The position numbers and the translations under genes were made by a program. DNA of 64,000 nucleotides, from assembly GCA_001661245.1 (NCBI GenBank), contig KV454017.1, positions 961,903-1,025,902 on the forward strand. The letters are read 5' to 3'. Below, piece by piece: positions 56,051-64,000 of this stretch. The DNA is from Pachysolen tannophilus NRRL Y-2460 (taxonomy: Eukaryota). The notes under the pieces were generated by a model. It made no database searches, was not told the DNA's origin, and worked only from the letters and a program-made list of their open reading frames with translations. Each line of letters starts with the position of its first letter. Within the stretch, counting starts at the first letter, position 1.

Positions 56051-56230
56051 TTTTAAATAATAATCTCGTTGATTTATTGAATTGATATCAAGAATCAAGA
56101 ATCAAAAAGAAAAAAGAAAAAGTGAAAAAATAAAGTAAAAAAAAAAAGAGAAAAAAAATTAATAGTACTACTTTCGCTTCTGTTACTACTACATTTACTA
56201 CTACAATTGTTACTATTTACTCGTGAAAAG

Positions 56231-56312
56231 TGAAAAATTTTTCAGTTTTTTTTTTTTGGCTGAAAAATAAAAAAAAAAAAACTGCGTGATTACCCGGACA
56301 CCAACACGTGAC
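56231..56312. promoter_or_regulatory. RRPE-like palindrome, Reb1-type and Cbf1-type sites in the ASC1/MED11 promoter
   Basis: TGAAAAATTTTTCA 56231-56244, TTACCCGG 56290-56297, CACGTGAC 56305-56312. Confidence 0.6.
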
Positions 56313-56549
56313 CTAGAATAATATTTTTTGTGATTTCCTTTTTAGGAGGAACTGGGTATACAACACACTACCACTCATTTTTTAAATATTTATAAAGATT
56401 TAAACTTTTCTTTAGCTTATCCTATTTGATCTTAAACAAAGAAAACAAAGAAAATATATATCATATAATATTTAAGTTTTTGTTTGATGTATGAGACATT
56501 AAATTAATTGAGTAATCATTAGGTAATTGATACCCACTATTGTTTAAAT

Positions 56550-57092
56550 ATGTCTACGTCACAACAAAAGAACTTAAAATACGTAGAGGAAAGGTTAGAG
56601 TCATTGCATGAGATTGACACAAAAATTGTATCGTTATTAGATAATTTATCTAATGCCATATTAGAGTTGAAAAAAGGTAAAGAGCTTAATAGTGAGACAT
56701 TAACAAGAGAAAATGATGACGTCAAGACTCAATTTAAAGAGAATGTTTGTAAATTTTATAGTAATTTGTCTGATTCTTCAATAGGATTACGTAAAGAAGT
56801 TAAATTGTTGGATAATAAGATTAGTAATAACAATGGCAATGGTAGCAGTCGTATAGGAAGTATTGGTACCGGTGCCAAGCAAGAAGACAATAAAGATGGG
56901 CTTGGTGATGACGGTGATGAGGTCACGATATTACCAATAAATATTAACAAAAAAGCTGTATGGATGGGGGAATGGAAATTAAATCAAGAAGTTCTGATAT
57001 TGAGAGAATTGTTACAAACAGCGGTACCCAAAGATCAAAATAATGTTGCCGTTAAAGAAGAGGATGTAGATAGTGATATACTGATGGAGTAA
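56550..57092 (+). CDS. MED11: Mediator subunit Med11
   Basis: YVEERLESLHEIDTKIVSLL, FYSNL..SSIGLRKEVKLLD, ILPININKKA. Confidence 0.88.
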   Translation: MSTSQQKNLKYVEERLESLHEIDTKIVSLLDNLSNAILELKKGKELNSETLTRENDDVKTQFKENVCKFYSNLSDSSIGLRKEVKLLDNKISNNNGNGSSRIGSIGTGAKQEDNKDGLGDDGDEVTILPININKKAVWMGEWKLNQEVLILRELLQTAVPKDQNNVAVKEEDVDSDILME

Positions 57093-57170
57093 AAATTACA
57101 TAAATTAATATGATTATATGATTATATTTGTATATTTATATATTTATATTTTTGTATATTGTAGTTTAGG

Positions 57171-58739
57171 TTAAATCAATGCAAAAAAAATTGCAACAAC
57201 AAAGGCCAAGAAAGTAACTGAAGCTGTTGAAATGATCCATAAACTATATGAACATGGGTTTAAGGCAACATCTCCTTCTCTTTTAAAATAAGGACCAAAA
57301 GCTGTCAGACTTAAAATTTTTAATTTTCCATTTGTATATGGTGGATACCTTGCCTTTGCTAAAAATTCACACCAAAAAGGTTGTTCAACAATTGTTCTCT
57401 TATGAGAAAATGAATCAAATGAATATTTCCCATGAGTATAACCATACCCTGAGTTTCCAATACCTCCAAATGGAGCTGATGGGATACCACATTGAATACA
57501 AATATCATTAATTACACATGTACCTGAACGTAATTTGGACAAGATAAATTTTTGTTCTTTTTTATCTTGACTAAAAATGTAAAAAGCTAATGGATTTTCA
57601 TGATTTTCATTAATTTCATCCAATAAGACATCTAATTTTTGAAATTGCAAAACTGGTAAGATTGGTCCAAAATTTTCTTGTTGCATAGTTGAATCATTCC
57701 AATTAACATTACTTATAATTGTTGGTGATATAAAATTAGTTTCTTTATCAATTTTACCACCACAAATTATATCTCCTTTTGTAGTTTCTAAAATTGATTG
57801 AATTTTTGTAAAAGCTTCAGAACTTATCATATGTGTATAATCTGAATCTTTATCAAGATCTTTATAAAAAAATTCATTAATAATTAAACGTAATTTTTCA
57901 ATAACCAAATCATAAATTTCTTCATCAACAACAAGATAATCTACAGCAACACATGTTTGACCACTATTCAGGAAAGCACCCCAACAAATTCTTTTTAAGA
58001 CAGTATCTAAATGAGATTGATTATTACCATAATTTTTAGTAATAATTGCAGGTGATTTCCCACCTAATTCTAATACAACAGGGGTTAATGTCTTTGCAGC
58101 AGCAGTAGCAACAATTTTACCAACATTAACACTTGAAGTACACAGAATCAGATCAAATTTTTGTTCCAATAATACTGTAGTTTCCAGAATACCACCATTA
58201 ATAACTTTAAAAATATCATCATCTAAAGCTTGAGTTAAAATATTTGTTATCAAATTTGTAAAATGTGGGGTACGTTCAGAAGGTTTAAAAATAACACAAT
58301 TACCTGCAGCTAAAGCACCAATAATTGAAGAAATTCCCAAAAATAATGGATAATTGGAAGGACTTATAACCAAAGCTACACCAAGTGGAATAGATTCAAT
58401 AGAAACTTTAGTACTCCAATATAACATTGGAATAGAATTCAGAGATTGAGGTTTTGCCCATTTTGATAAATTTTTCATTGCAAAAAATAATTCATTTATA
58501 GTTGGTTGATATTCTAAACATTTTGTTTCAAAAGATGATCTATGAAAATCTTTTGATAAGGCTTCAATAATATTTGTTAAATTATCTTCTAATGCAAAAT
58601 ATAAATTTCTTAATTGATTAACTCGAAATTGTAAAGATGCCGTCTTCCCATTTTTAAAATTTTTACGAAGACTTGAAACTTTCCCAGGAATTTCTTCAAT
58701 TAAAGTATATTCAAGAATAAATTGATCAGAAGACATCAT
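57171..58739 (-). CDS. HFD1: Membrane-anchored fatty aldehyde dehydrogenase (ALDH3/Hfd1 family)
   Basis: KPSERTP, LELGGKSP, NSGQTCVAVDY, ENFGPILP, PFGGIGNSGYG, RYPPY, C-terminal TM helix. Confidence 0.85.
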   Translation of the reverse strand: MMSSDQFILEYTLIEEIPGKVSSLRKNFKNGKTASLQFRVNQLRNLYFALEDNLTNIIEALSKDFHRSSFETKCLEYQPTINELFFAMKNLSKWAKPQSLNSIPMLYWSTKVSIESIPLGVALVISPSNYPLFLGISSIIGALAAGNCVIFKPSERTPHFTNLITNILTQALDDDIFKVINGGILETTVLLEQKFDLILCTSSVNVGKIVATAAAKTLTPVVLELGGKSPAIITKNYGNNQSHLDTVLKRICWGAFLNSGQTCVAVDYLVVDEEIYDLVIEKLRLIINEFFYKDLDKDSDYTHMISSEAFTKIQSILETTKGDIICGGKIDKETNFISPTIISNVNWNDSTMQQENFGPILPVLQFQKLDVLLDEINENHENPLAFYIFSQDKKEQKFILSKLRSGTCVINDICIQCGIPSAPFGGIGNSGYGYTHGKYSFDSFSHKRTIVEQPFWCEFLAKARYPPYTNGKLKILSLTAFGPYFKREGDVALNPCSYSLWIISTASVTFLAFVVAIFFALI

Positions 58740-59500
58740 TCACCTCACAATTCATAAACTTTGTTTTAAAATTGATGATTAATTTTAAAAATAATTTTAA
58801 AAAATAAAAGATACTTAACCGAAAATAATTAATAAGAAAATAAAAAAAGGAATTCACATTCGCGCTAATGAGGACGCAAATATATATTTATATATATATA
58901 TATGAATATAAAATATATATTATATATTTATCATTCATTTGATTGGCGAAATAAAGAAGTAAATAAAGAAAAGATTTTTCTATTCTAGATTAGCTTTTTT
59001 ATTTATTACAAAATTTTTCTTTTTATTTAGAAAGCTACTAGCCAGATAGGAAAAGTACAATTAAGAATTTTTATATCAAAATATGCTCTTACAGAAAGAT
59101 AGAAGAAGAAATAAAAATTTAATTTCCATTTCTTCAATTCTAAATACTAAAAAAAAAAAAATTCTTTTCTATATCACATACCTTATTTAGTGAATAATTC
59201 TATAAAAGTTGTAATGTAATTTGTAATATTGTTAAACCTATTAAACCTATTAATTAAACAGTATAATAATAATAATGATGATGATGATGATGATGTTGAT
59301 GGACTTTACGGTTTAAATTTTTTATTTTTTTATCAATTTGATATTTTTATTTTTTTCACTTTACTGGACTAGATACAGTTGCTGATAAAATACTTTAATT
59401 TCTTTTTTTTTTTTTTTTTTTACTTAATTTTTATTTTATTTAATTTTTTTTTAAGTTTCTAATCTTTTAATTTATATTGTTTGAATGTTATAAAGAGAAG

Positions 59501-60451
59501 ATGTGGAAAGTATTTTTATCTGTTGGAATAATAGGTCTTGTGAGTTTTAACTTATTTGTGACTTATCCTACTATTAAAAGAGATAATTATGTTGGTGAAT
59601 TAATTGAAAGTTTAAATTTACATTTACTGGAAAATGTAGATTCTGAATTTAAATTAGATTCTGTTTATTCTCCAATGTTGAAAAAAGATAGTAAAGATGC
59701 TGATCAAATAAATGTTGTACTGTTATATCATGATAATGATGAGAGTTTAATAGGAGAAATGATGGTTTTACCTGATGGTATTGAAGAACCATTTACAATG
59801 GGTATTTTATTTTTCAATCTTAGTAAAACTGAAGAAATTTTTCAAGAAAAATATAGAACACAACCTTTCCCAGATAGATTAGATGAACATAAAGCATCAA
59901 AACCTTGTTTTGGAGAAGTTGTTATTCCAGTTATGAAAGAATATTATTTCCAGGTTAATAATTTATCATCAATAGAAACTGCAAATTTAAAATATAATTA
60001 TCATAATTTTGGATATTGTACTAAGAAAAGAAATTTAGCTGATAGATATTTAGAAATTGATGGTAAAACTGCAGAATATGTAAAATTTAAAACTGAATAT
60101 CGTTTACCAATTTTACATTTCTTATATCCATCAAAATACTCATCTTCTTTTGGTCTTAATACAGTTTCTAAATATGGTTACCATATAATGGTAATATTTG
60201 CTATAGTTGCAATAATGGTTGGTATACATTTCTTTTATATCCGCCAGAGAACAAGAAGATCATTTGATGCTCTTCAAGAAGATCCATCCGTTGAAACCCC
60301 ACAAAAAAGAAGCAACAACAACAACTCTACAGATATAGAGTTGGATGATTTGGATGCAGAATTGGAGGCCCCAACCAAGAATAACAAAGTCTCATTCAAG
60401 AATGCTCAAGGTTTTGAAAAGGAAAATTTACTTAATCAACCTCAAGAATAA
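59501..60451 (+). CDS. Hypothetical membrane protein (N-terminal signal/anchor, C-terminal TM, acidic tail)
   Basis: 316-codon ORF from ATG 59501; hydrophobic segments at the N-terminus and at YGYHIMVIFAIVAIMVGIHFFYI followed by RQRTRR. Confidence 0.75.
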   Translation: MWKVFLSVGIIGLVSFNLFVTYPTIKRDNYVGELIESLNLHLLENVDSEFKLDSVYSPMLKKDSKDADQINVVLLYHDNDESLIGEMMVLPDGIEEPFTMGILFFNLSKTEEIFQEKYRTQPFPDRLDEHKASKPCFGEVVIPVMKEYYFQVNNLSSIETANLKYNYHNFGYCTKKRNLADRYLEIDGKTAEYVKFKTEYRLPILHFLYPSKYSSSFGLNTVSKYGYHIMVIFAIVAIMVGIHFFYIRQRTRRSFDALQEDPSVETPQKRSNNNNSTDIELDDLDAELEAPTKNNKVSFKNAQGFEKENLLNQPQE

Positions 60452-60765
60452 AAAAATCATAAAAAAAAAAATTTCATATTTCCATATTTTCAACTTCTTT
60501 TCGTCTTTTTTTTTTATTTTTTTTTTCCACATCAGCTACTACAGCTAATGAGATTCTGAGAAATAACACTAATATCTACTTTCATTTATACTTATCTATC
60601 TATCTATATATATATGACAAGTTCTTTTACGATTATATTTATATCTCTCTCTTGTTCTATATGTATTTTGTATTATGATTGAAAAGTAGTGTAGCGCAAT
60701 ACAAAACTTCGACTTCTCTTTTTTTCTCTTTTTTTTTAACATGTTAAAATGTATGGACGGTGGTG

Positions 60766-60773
60766 ATGACTCA
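60766..60773 (+). promoter_or_regulatory. Gcn4-type site ATGACTCA upstream of ARO1
   Basis: Consensus TGACTCA about 190 nt upstream of an amino-acid biosynthesis gene. Confidence 0.7.
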
Positions 60774-60931
60774 AATATAAGTTCATTGGCGCTAAAGAAG
60801 TTTTAGTTGGATTGGTTTATAACTACGAAGAAATTTAAGAAGATTGGATTGTTGACCTCAAAAGTTTCCATATCTTTGTATTTCTTCTTCTTTTTTTTTT
60901 TCTTTTTCTTTTCTATATTTTATTGAAGGAA

Positions 60932-64000
<3,069 letters not shown>

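Noticed and set aside
55349..56098. ORF-track 249-aa and 134-aa WD proteins as separate genes
   Set aside because: They are the two exons of ASC1; the extra tail is intron and snoRNA sequence.
3722..60548. Phe/Lys/Ile/Tyr-rich intergenic ORFs (for example 3722..3943, 7283..7513, 20071..20271, 34863..35054, 47890..48123)
   Set aside because: Translations of poly-A/T and TA microsatellite DNA.

Overview
AT-rich, gene-dense chromosomal segment of a budding yeast (Saccharomycotina). It holds about 32 protein-coding genes (HEL1 partial, MIC60, ARP4, a Ric-8 homolog, YPT52, RKM3, MRX8, MDH1, a DHA2 MFS transporter, a PRY/CAP protein, an EAF-domain protein, DID2, DUF4336, a divergent TRM1-like gene, DNF1/2, SWF1, MIM2, BNA6, ECO1, STU1, MRPL3, a second MFS, a NUUM-like complex I subunit, SRAP/HMCES, MGR3, ASC1, MED11, HFD1-like, ARO1 partial and two orphans), one tRNA-Arg(UCU) and the intronic snoRNA snR24/U24. 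Main points not visible in the ORF track: (1) in-frame CTG codons fall at positions that are Ala in homologs, implying the CUG=Ala code (Pachysolen/Nakazawaea/Peterozyma clade; a known code, inferred here by eye); (2) ten spliceosomal introns with several micro-exons, including a three-exon gene the track misses entirely; (3) a decayed tandem duplication of an MFS + PRY cassette at about 14.7-21.4 kb, with a shared coding-like relic between the two genes; (4) two genes (Ric-8, TRM1-like) split by a -1 frame change in a poly-A run, most simply homopolymer errors; (5) a candidate structured element upstream of DNF1/2. Family assignments rest on motif recognition from memory; no searches were run. 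No CRISPR array or intact mobile element was seen, and I cannot claim a new biological system with confidence.
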